Notes: generated by a model from the sequence alone, not told the origin. Numbered from the stretch's first letter, positions 10,029 to 21,493 are shown. The stretch: 64,000 nt of DNA from Escherichia coli (GCF_024223415.1 NZ_CP100500.1); one strand, 5' to 3'. A program made the numbers and translations.

Positions 10029-13000
10029 TTAATGGAAAATGACGTCAGGTGCGCTTAACGCCTCACTCAAATCAAACACATCAAGTTCGGCAAAGGTGAC
10101 GGATTTATTGTCACGGTACACTCGAAGAGAACGGAAGCTCATTAGCGCTTTGCTATCAACATTGTAGTGGTTAAAACCGGGTGAAAACTTAAGGACCAGC
10201 CGGTACTCACCCAGGTTATAGACAAATGCGTCCTCATAGCCTGACTCCCAGCCTTTGTATCGCATTCCCATAAGTTGCCCAACGGTAGCGGATTTACCTT
10301 CCCAGCGAGTCAGGCTGTTACTGGTTGACTCGTCAGGTGTGAGCAGCACCGTGCGGCGCGACAACTGGCGAAAAGGCGGCATAATTTCGTAATCGGCAAA
10401 AAGCTGTGCAAATTCACTGCGCATTTCTGCTGTCATTTCTAACGGGTGGGCAATGCCAATCAGAGCGTCCGCAGGCAGGTCAATTGGCTCATCTTGCGCA
10501 TTGCAGAACTCCCCCTCTGCGGCCACACGAAAGGCTTTGAGTAAACAACGCGGTTCATTTGCCGGATAAACCCCCCATATTAATCGCTGGGTAACCAGAC
10601 GGGTAAAGGGATGATTAACAAACAGAGAATGAAAATCTGCCAGCGACCAGCGTCGGGTGGTACGTAGGGCCGTTTCAAGACGCGGGAGCAGGTTTTTGCT
10701 CACCTGAGTAGCATCTTTTTTTAGCCCTTTTAGTCGGGCCAGTGCCTCGGGCGCTTTCAGTTGATCGTCATCGGCGCGCAAACGGGGAACGCTTTTCTGG
10801 CGAACGTTTTGCTGATCAAAGATAACCGGGTTGAGATTTTCATCGAAGCGAACGGTAAACTGCCGGGGACCAAAATCAAAACTCAACGCCTGCGGATCAT
10901 CAAGGCCCAGGGTTGGGACTAATCTGTCCGCTAGCTCTTCCTGGCTTAGCCCGCGATTTTCTGCGACCACCTGAAGAAATTCCGCCGCGTTATCACGTAA
11001 GGGGCGGGATTTAGCCCGTTGCGATATATGATGCAGCTGTATCAGCGCCATATCATTATTCATCAGGGTAAGGATGTTCAGGCCGCTGACAGCACGGGCA
11101 GATTTGCCTTCTTGTGGCCAGGCGAGGATCTGTGTCGTCAGATCCCGTGCCGTGCTTTCGTCACCAAAGAGACTTAACGCCAGAAATGCCCAGTTGTCTT
11201 TTGCGGGGGCACCAGCTTGTTGCCACGCAGTGAAGAGATCCCAAGCAAAAGCTGCCAGCGTTTGTGGCTGGCAGAACGTTTTCAGTTGTTCCAGCCCGCT
11301 ATAAAAACGTCCCCCCTGGGTAAAGCGCAGCATTTCGCCGATAATTTCCAGAGCGTCATTGGTAACAGTTTGATTATTAGTGATAAGGCGCGGCCTGGAC
11401 CACATTTGCGGATGCCAGAAATCAGGGGCTTTTGGAATGCGTGCCGGGTAAATGTCCATTGGACCCTGTTTAAGCAACTGCTCCAGGGCAGACCATACAT
11501 CTGTACGCTGCCAGCGGTTTGCCACGGTTTGTAGCAATTCGCCATGTCCCTGTTCGTACAGTAAACGCAGGGCAAGTAATGCGGCTTCGCTATTATCGCT
11601 GGGTTTGGTAAAGACAAGAGGGATAAGTGCACTAGCCGTATGTTCCGGCCATTGTAAAATCCACTGGCGAGCCAGATCACGCTGCGCCGCGAAACGTCGC
11701 CAGACGTGGGCAACAGGCAGCGCCAGTTCTGTTGCGCCAAAATTTAAAATTAACGGAAATGTTTCTTTTGGACGATGTGAAAAAGCCAACAGCAGACCTG
11801 GTAGCGCATCCAATCCGAGGATACTGAGAAAATAGTCCTCACCCGCGAACAGATGCTTTTTCTCATTGATACGCAGCCAGAAGGTCAAAGCCATCTCACG
11901 CGGCAACTGTGCCAATAAATACAGGTTCCAGACACTCTTTTCCGGACGATAATGTGAGTAGTTGTCATTTTCCCATATGTTAATTAACGCTTCTATGTGA
12001 CCGCTGCGGAGCGCCTGTTCTGCTAATTGTGCTTCCGGGGAGTTCCAGCCATTCAGGATCTCTTCAACCCGCCCCTGGTAGTAATGCCACTGAACAAAGA
12101 GTGAATTGCGTGCAGCATCCAGTTTTCCGGGGAGTATATAATTCAGAAACAGCCATACATCATCCCCAAAACCCAGTTCCTGTAATACAACTCGTCCACT
12201 TTTTTGTTCCATGCGTTGCGCAAGAGATTCCGTGCTGAAATAACGGGCAGGCTCAGTGGCGGCAAGCCTCTCTTGTTCGCCTGGTTGCCAGTAAACTTGC
12301 GGAGTTAATTCGAGCGGTGCCAAATCAAGACGTGGAGCTGTCATTTTTTTCTTACTACGCCACGGTGGTGAAACGAGGATTTCTGGCAGATTGCTGTTAT
12401 CGGTGCCATCAATAACCGGTTTGGGCGGTGCCGATAAATAACTCTTCAGCACTGACTGGGGTTGAGTACTTAACCACGGCATCACTTCTGCTGCCAGTTG
12501 TGGCTGCGATGCCATCAGCGTTTGTAACAGCGCACGCCAGTATTCATCGCGTGCTTTTTGCTGTGCAGGCAGCTTTTTGTCTTCGATGATTGGATAACCA
12601 GGGCGGGCTGGTGGTTCTGTTAACGCCAGCAGTTCTGCCAGTGCGGCGAGCGTCGCATGGGGGAAGTTTTTATGGTATTTAGCTACACGTTGCAGGCTGG
12701 GTTTGTTTTTATCAGCCACCAGTAGCAAGGTGCGGATGACTTGCGGATGGTTAATTTGTACCAGCAGACTGCCGCAATCTTCTTTATGGGCATACATCGC
12801 GAGGCGCGGAATGGCTGCCAGTCCTTGTTCGCGCAAAAGGGCGGCGCAGGCCGCGTAGCCGAAGTGGTTTTCATGCGACATGTAGCTGGCTTCTCGATCG
12901 CTAAATATATCCTGGCTCCAGTAGTGTTCGAGTTTTCTCACCGCTGTGGGGTCATTAGCAACAACTTTTAACCACTCCTTAGAATGAAAATGAGTTCGCG

Positions 13001-13661
13001 GGCATTCAAGGCCTACCAACTCATTGGCTATTTCTGGTTTTTCCGGGAGGATCAGCGCAATAAAAGGGCGGCGAACTTTGGTTATTCCTGGTAGTGCGGC
13101 AATGAGTTTGTCGGCGCAACGCTGCCAGCAGCTTTCCTCTGCCAGAGAGAGATGCTTACGCAGTCGGAGATCGAATTCGTTATAGGTTTCTGAGCGATAA
13201 CCATAGCCATAATCCTCGTCCTGATACTGCAATGTCACTACCAGAGGATCACTCTCATAACACCGCGCAATAAACTGGCGTGCAATCACCACCTCAGTCG
13301 CATATTCCAGCCCCTCTTGTTGGACGATTTCGTCGAGCAACTGTTGGCTGTCATTTTGCGCGATACAGGCTAGCGCCGCCATTGTCCGGTCCGGGATTGA
13401 GGGTTTGTGTTCGCCGATCAAGTTGATGGCCTGCGTGATGGCGGACTGCCACTCCAGTGAAAAATTCTCATAACGCCAGACAATGTTTTTTTTCTTCTCA
13501 GCTTTTTGTAGCAATTCATCACCCAATGTCTGGATGAGACTTCCAGTGATAACGGACACTGGTTCGCCCGGCCAGCGACGATGACTGAGCGGCGTTTTGC
13601 CTTTTTTATATTTCAGTTCCAGTTGGGCGTTATCCGCCAGCCACGGTAATTCCTTGTCCAT
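10029..13661 (-). CDS. yehI: YehI, 1210-aa DUF4132-type protein (paralogue of YehH)
   Basis: Uninterrupted ORF with long collinear similarity to the adjacent YehH (e.g. RLRKHLSL.EES, LPEKPEIA, FGPRQFTV, LFADYE..PPFRQ). Confidence 0.9.
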   Translation of the reverse strand: MDKELPWLADNAQLELKYKKGKTPLSHRRWPGEPVSVITGSLIQTLGDELLQKAEKKKNIVWRYENFSLEWQSAITQAINLIGEHKPSIPDRTMAALACIAQNDSQQLLDEIVQQEGLEYATEVVIARQFIARCYESDPLVVTLQYQDEDYGYGYRSETYNEFDLRLRKHLSLAEESCWQRCADKLIAALPGITKVRRPFIALILPEKPEIANELVGLECPRTHFHSKEWLKVVANDPTAVRKLEHYWSQDIFSDREASYMSHENHFGYAACAALLREQGLAAIPRLAMYAHKEDCGSLLVQINHPQVIRTLLLVADKNKPSLQRVAKYHKNFPHATLAALAELLALTEPPARPGYPIIEDKKLPAQQKARDEYWRALLQTLMASQPQLAAEVMPWLSTQPQSVLKSYLSAPPKPVIDGTDNSNLPEILVSPPWRSKKKMTAPRLDLAPLELTPQVYWQPGEQERLAATEPARYFSTESLAQRMEQKSGRVVLQELGFGDDVWLFLNYILPGKLDAARNSLFVQWHYYQGRVEEILNGWNSPEAQLAEQALRSGHIEALINIWENDNYSHYRPEKSVWNLYLLAQLPREMALTFWLRINEKKHLFAGEDYFLSILGLDALPGLLLAFSHRPKETFPLILNFGATELALPVAHVWRRFAAQRDLARQWILQWPEHTASALIPLVFTKPSDNSEAALLALRLLYEQGHGELLQTVANRWQRTDVWSALEQLLKQGPMDIYPARIPKAPDFWHPQMWSRPRLITNNQTVTNDALEIIGEMLRFTQGGRFYSGLEQLKTFCQPQTLAAFAWDLFTAWQQAGAPAKDNWAFLALSLFGDESTARDLTTQILAWPQEGKSARAVSGLNILTLMNNDMALIQLHHISQRAKSRPLRDNAAEFLQVVAENRGLSQEELADRLVPTLGLDDPQALSFDFGPRQFTVRFDENLNPVIFDQQNVRQKSVPRLRADDDQLKAPEALARLKGLKKDATQVSKNLLPRLETALRTTRRWSLADFHSLFVNHPFTRLVTQRLIWGVYPANEPRCLLKAFRVAAEGEFCNAQDEPIDLPADALIGIAHPLEMTAEMRSEFAQLFADYEIMPPFRQLSRRTVLLTPDESTSNSLTRWEGKSATVGQLMGMRYKGWESGYEDAFVYNLGEYRLVLKFSPGFNHYNVDSKALMSFRSLRVYRDNKSVTFAELDVFDLSEALSAPDVIFH

Positions 13662-13670
13662 GCTCTTTCC

Positions 13671-16600
13671 TTATTCAAACAGGGCTTCAATATCGTTAAT
13701 TAGCTCGCTGGCGGTGATGGCATCGATTACGGAGAACTGCGCTTCCTGTGTTGAATTACTCCCCCAGCCATATCTTTCTGCTTTGCCTTCCCATAGCCAC
13801 AGCTTGCTTAAGAGCTGCTCAGCGCTGAGTTCGGCTGGCGACATGCCTACCGCAAAGCCTTCATCGATTTCCATGATTAACGACCAGCGACCCAAAGGTT
13901 TGATCATCCATCCGATCCAGCCTCCATCCTGTGGTTCGCCCTTTATCCAGCCTTTATTCGCCAGCCCCATGACCCGACCACTCGGGCATTTTCTGCCTGC
14001 CCAGCGGGTCAGTTCACTGGCATTGCGCTCGGCTTCTGTCAGGGCGTAGCTGTTACGGTCGATCTGGCGGAACGGTGGTAGCAGTTCGTAGTCGGCAAAA
14101 AGCTGACCAAAGGCGGCAGCATCCGTTGGTGATATTTCCAGAACGTGAGGAGTGCCGATAGAGATATCGCCTTCCGGCAGGGTGAAAAGATCATCGTCAG
14201 CGGTGCTGGAGCTGTTATCTTCTGCTACGCGAAAGCAAGCCAGTAGCTGGTTTTCGGCGCTATAAACGCCCCAAATCAGACGGCGGGTTAAGTGACGAAC
14301 CAGCGGATGCTCAACCAGGAAGAGCTGGAAGTTTTCCAGCGACCAGCGGCGGCGCAGGCACATGGCGGATTCCAGCCTTGCTACCTGCTGGGCGGCGATG
14401 GTACGCGCATCTTTTTTCAGCAATTTGTAGCGGTTAACCGCATCGTTCGCCCGCGTTTCATCATCGCTTTTGTTCGGTTTGGGCAGGTCTTTCAGGCGGC
14501 TGCCGGAAACATCACGCACAAACGGTTTTAAGGTTTCATCAAAGCTGACGGTGAACTGCCGTGGGCCAAAATCCAGCAGCAGCGAACCGTTATCATCCAG
14601 ACCGAGATCCGGTGCTAACCGATCTTCAAGCTCCGCCACCGTGAGTTCGCGGCTCTCGGCAATGTCGGCAATTTTTTCTTTTGCCCGCTCCTGTAATGCT
14701 TTGAATTTCAGTTTCTGGGCGATGCCGTTAAGCTGCATAAGGGCGATATCACTACCGATAGCAGCGAGAATATCCAACCCAACGGTGGCGCGTTTATGCT
14801 GGGATTCACCAGGCCAGGCGCGTATTAATGGCGTCAGTTTGCGGGCGGTGTCATCGTTACCGAGAACGCCTAACGCAGTGAACGCCCAACTCTCTTTCGA
14901 CGGCGCGCCAGCGGTCTGCCAGGCGGTAAACAGATCCCAGGCAAATCCCGCCAGTGAGTCGGCGGAACAGACGTCTTTCACCTGCAATAATCCCGGATAC
15001 AGAGCCTCTTCCTGAGGGAAGCGGAGCATTTCACCGAGGTGGAGGAGGGCGCTATCTGGCAGTGATTGGGCATTTGCTTTTAATACCGGGCGCGTCCAGA
15101 GCGATGGCTGATAAAAGGCCGGAAGAGTGGGGATTTTTGTCGGGTGATTATCTAAGGGATCGAGCGCAAGCAGAGCGTTCACCGCATCGGTTACTTCCGG
15201 CTGGTTATAACGTCGGGCGATTTCTTGCAGTAATGGCTGATGACCGTTTTCGGTAAGCATACGCAAGGCAGCGCGGGCGTTATCCTGGGCTTCACCGGCT
15301 TTGCCGAGCGCCGCAGGCAGCAGGCCGGTAAGGGCATGTTCCGGGTATTTCAACAGCCAGCTACGGGCGTTTTCGCGTAGCGTTTTCAGTTTGTTGAAGG
15401 CACGGGCGACGGCAGGAGCCAGCTCACTCGCTGCGAAGTAATTCGTGATGGGCAAGGCTTCTTGTGGATAGCGTGCAAGTGAGTTTACTAACCCAGGTAA
15501 CCCTTTGAGTCCAAAATGTAACATGGAGTATTCGGTATCGGTATGTGGAGATAGGGTAAGGGCATTCCATGCTTTTACTGCTTTCTCCAGCGGCAATGTT
15601 GTCAAAATCCCCAACTGCCAATAATGCCCGGTAGGTGAATGAAACACCTTAAATTCACTTAGTAAGGTTGAATAATCTTCATTTAGCCATGCCTCAACTA
15701 CCGCTTCGGGAGCTTTAATATATGTACCAGCGATCCGTCGTTGAAAACCCATCCTTGCCAACAGGTTGGTAGTACTTTCTTCATGGCTAACCGTGATGTG
15801 TTTTGAATACCAGATATATTTCGCCAAAAGTTGATTACTGATTTCTTCTGTCAGATAACAGATTGGCTCAATGCCTAATGGCGCTAAATCCAGCACCGGA
15901 ATCGGCGATTTTTTCTTTTTCGAAAGCCAGGGAGGGGAGACTACTACGGCTGGCAGTAGATCGGCGCTGGCATGGTTTGAGGGCTGTGTCAGTTGTTGCT
16001 GGCATGATTTCAGTACGGCAACTGCGGGTGTCGAGAGCCAGGGAATGACCTGTTCTGCCAGTGCTGGTTGTGAGATAAGCATTGTCATTAGCATAATGCG
16101 CCAACTGTTCTCTTCTTTTTGCCCAAGAAGTTCCGTCAGTGCCGCCATTGCTGCATGTGGGAACGCAGCAATGGCTTTCGTCATCCGATCGTGACAGCGT
16201 TTAGTTTGCCCGGCTACACGTATAAGCAGTGTCAATGCGAACGGATGATTGATATGACGCAACACATCGGCGCAGTAGTCACTTGCGGCATAGGGAGCAA
16301 ATCGGGGCAGGGCTGCAACACCTTGCTCCTGTAATACGGTGGCTGACCATATCGCACCACAATAGTAATCATCAAAAATGGCATATGGTTCGTGATATTT
16401 TTCTAATGAGGCAAGAATGTGCTCATCAGTCGCCACTATTTTTAACCACTCAAGCGAGGGTAATTTTTTTTGCCCCAGTAGACGCTGGGCAATTTCATGT
16501 GCAATTTCTGGTTTTTCGGGTAATAACAAAGCAATTAATGGTTGCCGCCATTCTGGAATATGTGGAATTGCTGCAATAAGTTTTTGTGCACATTTTTGCC

Positions 16601-17465
16601 AGAGAGACTCTTCCGTCAGTGATAAATGTTTACGTAGGCGTAATTCAAATCTGGAATATTGCTCCAAGTAGCTAGGTGCAATGCCAGACGGCAGAATAAT
16701 AATGACATTATTCGCATAATCCCATTCAATATCAATCTGTTGAAGGTGTGTTATTACATCAGTAGCATATTCCAGACCGCCTTCCTGGACGATCTGATCC
16801 ATAACATCCTCACGCACTTTATATCTTGTGCATTTCATTTCAAGTGCCGTGAGTACAGCCATTACTGGTGATGGTAACTGTGTTGTTTTCAGGCCGTCGA
16901 TCTGACTGATCGCCTGGGCGACGGTGTTTTGCCATTCTAAAGAACAGGCGCTGAAGTCAAATGTGGCTGTTTTATTATCCCGTTGCGACACACTACAGGC
17001 TAAGCGACGTAATTGGGTCAATTTGTCTGCTTGCTGAACAGGAACTCCGGGAAAGCGGCGATGACTTAACGTGGTGTGTACAACTTCGGGCGGAAAAACG
17101 ACAGCAATATCTTTCGCCAGCCACGGTAAAACAGCATCTGTATTTTTGTCAGGCGCACGGGTTTCTGCTACGAAAGAGGGTTGTTCCTGAATAATGGTGG
17201 ATAAGTCCGCTACCTTGAGAGAGCCCGTTACCGTTTGGGAAGGTTGCAAAGAATTATCCTTCGCTTGCTCCACATACCCCTTCTTCACCTTCTCCGCAAT
17301 CAGCTTAAGTTCCGCTTTTTCCGCTGCCGCAGCATCTGAAAAACTTTTTATCTGACTTTGCCCTTTGGTGCCAACTTTTCCCCAACTGATATGCAACTCG
17401 TTTCCCTGTTGCTCCACCGCCCAGAATTTATGTGATTTTTCGTCCTGATAGATAAAGTGTCTCAT
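13671..17465 (-). CDS. yehH: YehH (MolR), 1264-aa protein with an N-terminal WGR-like domain and a DUF4132-type body; intact here
   Basis: N-terminus MRHFIYQDEKSHKFWAVEQQGNELHISWGKVGTKGQ is WGR-like. It is a single ORF, whereas I recall K-12 molR being annotated as a split pseudogene. Confidence 0.85.
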   Translation of the reverse strand: MRHFIYQDEKSHKFWAVEQQGNELHISWGKVGTKGQSQIKSFSDAAAAEKAELKLIAEKVKKGYVEQAKDNSLQPSQTVTGSLKVADLSTIIQEQPSFVAETRAPDKNTDAVLPWLAKDIAVVFPPEVVHTTLSHRRFPGVPVQQADKLTQLRRLACSVSQRDNKTATFDFSACSLEWQNTVAQAISQIDGLKTTQLPSPVMAVLTALEMKCTRYKVREDVMDQIVQEGGLEYATDVITHLQQIDIEWDYANNVIIILPSGIAPSYLEQYSRFELRLRKHLSLTEESLWQKCAQKLIAAIPHIPEWRQPLIALLLPEKPEIAHEIAQRLLGQKKLPSLEWLKIVATDEHILASLEKYHEPYAIFDDYYCGAIWSATVLQEQGVAALPRFAPYAASDYCADVLRHINHPFALTLLIRVAGQTKRCHDRMTKAIAAFPHAAMAALTELLGQKEENSWRIMLMTMLISQPALAEQVIPWLSTPAVAVLKSCQQQLTQPSNHASADLLPAVVVSPPWLSKKKKSPIPVLDLAPLGIEPICYLTEEISNQLLAKYIWYSKHITVSHEESTTNLLARMGFQRRIAGTYIKAPEAVVEAWLNEDYSTLLSEFKVFHSPTGHYWQLGILTTLPLEKAVKAWNALTLSPHTDTEYSMLHFGLKGLPGLVNSLARYPQEALPITNYFAASELAPAVARAFNKLKTLRENARSWLLKYPEHALTGLLPAALGKAGEAQDNARAALRMLTENGHQPLLQEIARRYNQPEVTDAVNALLALDPLDNHPTKIPTLPAFYQPSLWTRPVLKANAQSLPDSALLHLGEMLRFPQEEALYPGLLQVKDVCSADSLAGFAWDLFTAWQTAGAPSKESWAFTALGVLGNDDTARKLTPLIRAWPGESQHKRATVGLDILAAIGSDIALMQLNGIAQKLKFKALQERAKEKIADIAESRELTVAELEDRLAPDLGLDDNGSLLLDFGPRQFTVSFDETLKPFVRDVSGSRLKDLPKPNKSDDETRANDAVNRYKLLKKDARTIAAQQVARLESAMCLRRRWSLENFQLFLVEHPLVRHLTRRLIWGVYSAENQLLACFRVAEDNSSSTADDDLFTLPEGDISIGTPHVLEISPTDAAAFGQLFADYELLPPFRQIDRNSYALTEAERNASELTRWAGRKCPSGRVMGLANKGWIKGEPQDGGWIGWMIKPLGRWSLIMEIDEGFAVGMSPAELSAEQLLSKLWLWEGKAERYGWGSNSTQEAQFSVIDAITASELINDIEALFE

Positions 17466-17605
17466 TCTGCATCCCTGTAATTTTATCCAGTTGAATGCAG
17501 ATGCTACCAGTATTTATGCGGGTTAGAGAGAGACAAAATCGCAAGAAAACAACTTTAGGAATTTATAAAGAAAAGGCGCTGTCGATGCAGCGCCTTGAAG
17601 GGGGA

Positions 17606-19639
17606 TTATTTCACCTGATGACCCGGTTTAGCACCAGCATCCGGGCTTAGCAGGAAGATATCTTTCCCGCCTGGACCGGCAGCCATCACCATGCCTTCGG
17701 AGATTCCAAAGCGCATTTTACGTGGTGCCAGGTTAGCCACCATAATGGTGTGACGACCAATCAGTGCCTGCGGATCCGGGTAGGCAGAACGAATACCGGA
17801 GAAGACATTGCGTTTTTCACCGCCGAGATCCAGTGTCAGGCGCAGCAGTTTGTCAGAACCTTCAACAAACTCTGCGTTTTCGATCAGCGCTACGCGCAGG
17901 TCAACTTTGGCGAAGTCGTCAAAGGTGATGGTTTCCTGAATCGGATCATCTGCCAGTGGGCCAGTAACTGGCGCGGCAGCTGCTTTCACTTCTTCTTTAG
18001 AGGCTTCCACCAGAGCTTCAACCTGTTTCATATCGATGCGGTTATACAGCGCCTTGAACGGATTCACTTTGTGGCCCAGCAGCGGTTGCTGGATACCATC
18101 CCAGGTCAGTTCCGTATTGAGGAAGGCTTCTGCACGCTCGGTCAGTTTCGGCAGTACCGGCTTCAGGTAAGTCATCAGCACGCGGAACAGGTTGATGCCC
18201 ATTGAGCAAATCGCCTGCAGGTCAGCATCGCGACCTTCCTGTTTTGCGACTACCCACGGAGCCTGTTCATCGACATAGCGGTTAGCCAGATCAGCCAGCG
18301 CCATGATTTCGCGCACAGCTTTACCAAATTCACGGCTTTCCCACGCTTCACCAATCACTTCAGCGGCATCAGTGAAGGTTTTGTACAACTGCGGGTCAGC
18401 CAGTTCGTTTGCCAGCACGCCGTCAAAACGTTTGTTGATAAAGCCCGCGTTACGGGAGGCCAGGTTAACCACTTTGTTAACGATATCGGCATTCACGCGC
18501 TGAACGAAATCCTCCAGGTTGAGATCGATATCATCAATGCGCGAAGAGAGTTTCGCAGTGTAGTAGTAACGCAGGCTGTCAGCGTCAAAATGATTCAGCC
18601 AGGTGCTGGCTTTAATAAAGGTGCCGCGAGACTTGGACATCTTCGCGCCGTTCACCGTCACATAGCCATGAACAAACAGGTTGGTCGGCTTGCGGAAGTT
18701 GCTGCCTTCCAGCATGGCAGGCCAGAACAGGCTGTGGAAGTAAACGATATCTTTACCGATGAAGTGGTACAGCTCGGCGGTGGAGTCTTTCTTCCAGTAT
18801 TCATCGAAGCTTACGCTGTCGCCGCGCTTGTCGCACAGATTCTTGAAAGAACCCATGTAGCCAATCGGTGCGTCCAGCCAGACGTAGAAATATTTGCCCG
18901 GCGCGTTCGGAATTTCAAAACCGAAGTAAGGGGCGTCGCGGGAGATATCCCACTGTTGCAGGCCAGATTCAAACCACTCCTGCATTTTATTTGCCACCTG
19001 CTCCTGCAACGCACCGCTGCGGGTCCATGCCTGCAACATTTCGCTGAAAGAGGGCAGATCAAAGAAGAAGTGTTCAGAATCACGCATTACCGGCGTAGCG
19101 CCAGAAACCACCGATTTCGGCTCGATCAATTCAGTCGGGCTGTAGGTCGCGCCGCAGACTTCGCAGTTATCGCCGTATTGATCCGGGGATTTACATTTCG
19201 GGCAGGTGCCTTTCACAAAACGGTCCGGCAGGAACATGCCTTTTTCCGGATCGTACAGCTGAGAGATGGTGCGGTTTTTAATAAAACCGTTTTCTTTCAG
19301 GCGAGAGTAGATAAGTTCTGACAACTGGCGGTTCTCTTCGCTGTGCGTCGAGTGATAGTTGTCATAGCTGATGTTAAAGCCTGCGAAATCAGTCTGATGC
19401 TCCTGACTCATTTCGCCAATCATCTGCTCCGGTGTGATACCAAGCTGCTGAGCTTTCAGCATGATCGGTGTACCGTGGGCATCGTCGGCGCAGATGAAGT
19501 TGACCTCGTGGCCGCGCATTCGCTGGTAACGGACCCAGACATCAGCCTGGATGTGCTCCAGCATATGGCCGAGGTGGATTGAGCCGTTAGCGTACGGCAG
19601 TGCGCACGTCACCAGAATTTTCTTCGCGACTTGAGTCAT
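17606..19639 (-). CDS. metG: Methionyl-tRNA synthetase
   Basis: [25 protein letters not shown] (HIGH motif) and KMSKS are both present. Product is 677 aa. Confidence 0.97.
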   Translation of the reverse strand: MTQVAKKILVTCALPYANGSIHLGHMLEHIQADVWVRYQRMRGHEVNFICADDAHGTPIMLKAQQLGITPEQMIGEMSQEHQTDFAGFNISYDNYHSTHSEENRQLSELIYSRLKENGFIKNRTISQLYDPEKGMFLPDRFVKGTCPKCKSPDQYGDNCEVCGATYSPTELIEPKSVVSGATPVMRDSEHFFFDLPSFSEMLQAWTRSGALQEQVANKMQEWFESGLQQWDISRDAPYFGFEIPNAPGKYFYVWLDAPIGYMGSFKNLCDKRGDSVSFDEYWKKDSTAELYHFIGKDIVYFHSLFWPAMLEGSNFRKPTNLFVHGYVTVNGAKMSKSRGTFIKASTWLNHFDADSLRYYYTAKLSSRIDDIDLNLEDFVQRVNADIVNKVVNLASRNAGFINKRFDGVLANELADPQLYKTFTDAAEVIGEAWESREFGKAVREIMALADLANRYVDEQAPWVVAKQEGRDADLQAICSMGINLFRVLMTYLKPVLPKLTERAEAFLNTELTWDGIQQPLLGHKVNPFKALYNRIDMKQVEALVEASKEEVKAAAAPVTGPLADDPIQETITFDDFAKVDLRVALIENAEFVEGSDKLLRLTLDLGGEKRNVFSGIRSAYPDPQALIGRHTIMVANLAPRKMRFGISEGMVMAAGPGGKDIFLLSPDAGAKPGHQVK

Positions 19640-19770
19640 AGTAGGCATTACTTCTTAATAGTGAAAAGGGGTTAGATAGTACCAAATGGGAAAATGTTAA
19701 GTAAGTACTTCTCTATATTCTTCAGGTAAACTATCAGCTGATGGTTTATCTATACAAAAAAGGAGTCGGG

Positions 19771-20880
19771 ATGAACGAACAATCCCAGGCCAAATCACCA
19801 GAAGCCTTGCGCGCAATGGTCGCCGGGACACTGGCCAATTTTCAGCACCCAACCCTGAAGCATAACCTCACCACGCTGAAAGCGTTGCACCATGTCGCCT
19901 GGATGGACGACACGTTGCATGTGGAACTGGTTATGCCATTCGTCTGGCATAGCGCGTTTGAAGAGTTAAAAGAGCAATGTAGCGCCGAACTGCTGCGTAT
20001 CACCGGGGCGAAAGCTATCGACTGGAAACTGTCGCACAATATCGCCACCTTAAAACGCGTGAAGAATCAGCCGGGTATTAATGGCGTGAAGAACATCATT
20101 GCGGTCAGTTCCGGTAAAGGCGGCGTGGGTAAATCCTCCACGGCGGTAAACCTGGCACTGGCGCTGGCGGCAGAAGGGGCGAAAGTCGGCATTCTGGACG
20201 CCGATATCTACGGCCCATCAATCCCAACAATGTTGGGCGCAGAAAATCAGCGTCCAACTTCGCCGGACGGTACCCATATGGCACCGATTATGTCTCATGG
20301 CCTGGCAACCAATTCAATTGGTTATCTGGTCACTGACGACAATGCGATGGTGTGGCGTGGACCGATGGCGAGCAAGGCGTTAATGCAGATGTTGCAGGAA
20401 ACCTTGTGGCCGGATCTCGACTATCTGGTGCTTGATATGCCGCCAGGCACCGGTGACATTCAATTGACGCTTGCGCAAAACATTCCAGTAACTGGTGCAG
20501 TCGTGGTCACCACCCCGCAGGACATCGCGTTGATCGATGCGAAAAAAGGCATTGTGATGTTCGAGAAAGTCGAGGTTCCGGTGCTTGGTATTGTCGAGAA
20601 CATGAGTGTGCATATTTGCAGTAACTGTGGTCACCATGAACCGATTTTCGGTACCGGTGGTGCAGAGAAACTGGCTGAAAAATACCACACACAGCTGCTG
20701 GGGCAGATGCCGTTACACATCTCCTTACGTGAGGATCTCGATAAAGGCACGCCAACGGTTATCAGCCGTCCGGAGAGCGAATTTACCGCTATCTACCGCC
20801 AGCTGGCTGACCGCGTTGCAGCTCAGCTCTACTGGCAGGGTGAAGTCATTCCAGGCGAGATTTCCTTCCGCGCGGTCTAA
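19771..20880 (+). CDS. mrp: Fe-S cluster carrier ATPase Mrp/ApbC
   Basis: MNEQSQAKSPEALRAM start, a deviant Walker A SGKGGVGKSS, and a CxxC motif. Confidence 0.92.
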   Translation: MNEQSQAKSPEALRAMVAGTLANFQHPTLKHNLTTLKALHHVAWMDDTLHVELVMPFVWHSAFEELKEQCSAELLRITGAKAIDWKLSHNIATLKRVKNQPGINGVKNIIAVSSGKGGVGKSSTAVNLALALAAEGAKVGILDADIYGPSIPTMLGAENQRPTSPDGTHMAPIMSHGLATNSIGYLVTDDNAMVWRGPMASKALMQMLQETLWPDLDYLVLDMPPGTGDIQLTLAQNIPVTGAVVVTTPQDIALIDAKKGIVMFEKVEVPVLGIVENMSVHICSNCGHHEPIFGTGGAEKLAEKYHTQLLGQMPLHISLREDLDKGTPTVISRPESEFTAIYRQLADRVAAQLYWQGEVIPGEISFRAV

Positions 20881-21142
20881 CGCCTATTAACCATTCTGGT
20901 TATTCTTCATACACCGCAGAGATGTTACATTGATGCGGTGTATTAGTTTTTGCCGCATTAATGAACACTTATTTAATACTGCGAATATTCTGCGGACCTT
21001 CGTCCGAAACTCTACAAAGTCGATTGATCATACAGGCAATGCTTCATTATCATCCTTCGTGGCTGTGTAGTGGATGTACAGCTATAGTTTGTTATGCACT
21101 CATTCTATCCAGGCATAACCTTTACTACAGGGATAACGTTCA

Positions 21143-21424
21143 ATGAATAAGTATTGGCTGTCAGGAATTATTTTTCTTGCCTATGGATTGGCTTCTCCCG
21201 CATTCTCTTCAGAGACTGCCACATTAGCGATTAATGGCAGGATCAGTCCCCCAACATGCAGTATGGCTATGGTTAATGGTCAACCTCAACAGCATTGTGG
21301 TCAGTTAACGTATAATGTTGACACCCGTCATCTGTTTTCTTCGCCCGTCAAAGGTGTAACGACAGAAGTGGTTGTTGCAGGTAGCGATAGCAAACGTCGA
21401 ATCGTGTTAAATCGCTACGATTAA
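21143..21424 (+). CDS. yehE: YehE, small secreted protein upstream of the yeh fimbrial operon
   Basis: 93-aa ORF with a signal peptide, in the K-12 position. Confidence 0.7.
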   Translation: MNKYWLSGIIFLAYGLASPAFSSETATLAINGRISPPTCSMAMVNGQPQQHCGQLTYNVDTRHLFSSPVKGVTTEVVVAGSDSKRRIVLNRYD

Positions 21425-21455
21425 TTTGGCAACCTGATTTTAATTGCATTTAGAA

Positions 21456-21493
21456 AGCCGAAATCATTTATATAAATGATTTCGGCTTTTTTA
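21456..21493 (+). terminator. Rho-independent terminator after yehE
   Basis: agccgaaatcattta/taaatgatttcggct is a 15-bp stem followed by TTTTTT. Confidence 0.75.

Noticed and set aside
18590-19321. 243-aa plus-strand ORF
   Set aside because: It is antisense to metG, whose identity is unambiguous.
20961-21146. 61-aa ORF upstream of yehE
   Set aside because: It has no RBS and odd composition, and it lies in the AT-rich regulatory region ahead of the yeh fimbrial genes. Nothing supports it as a gene.
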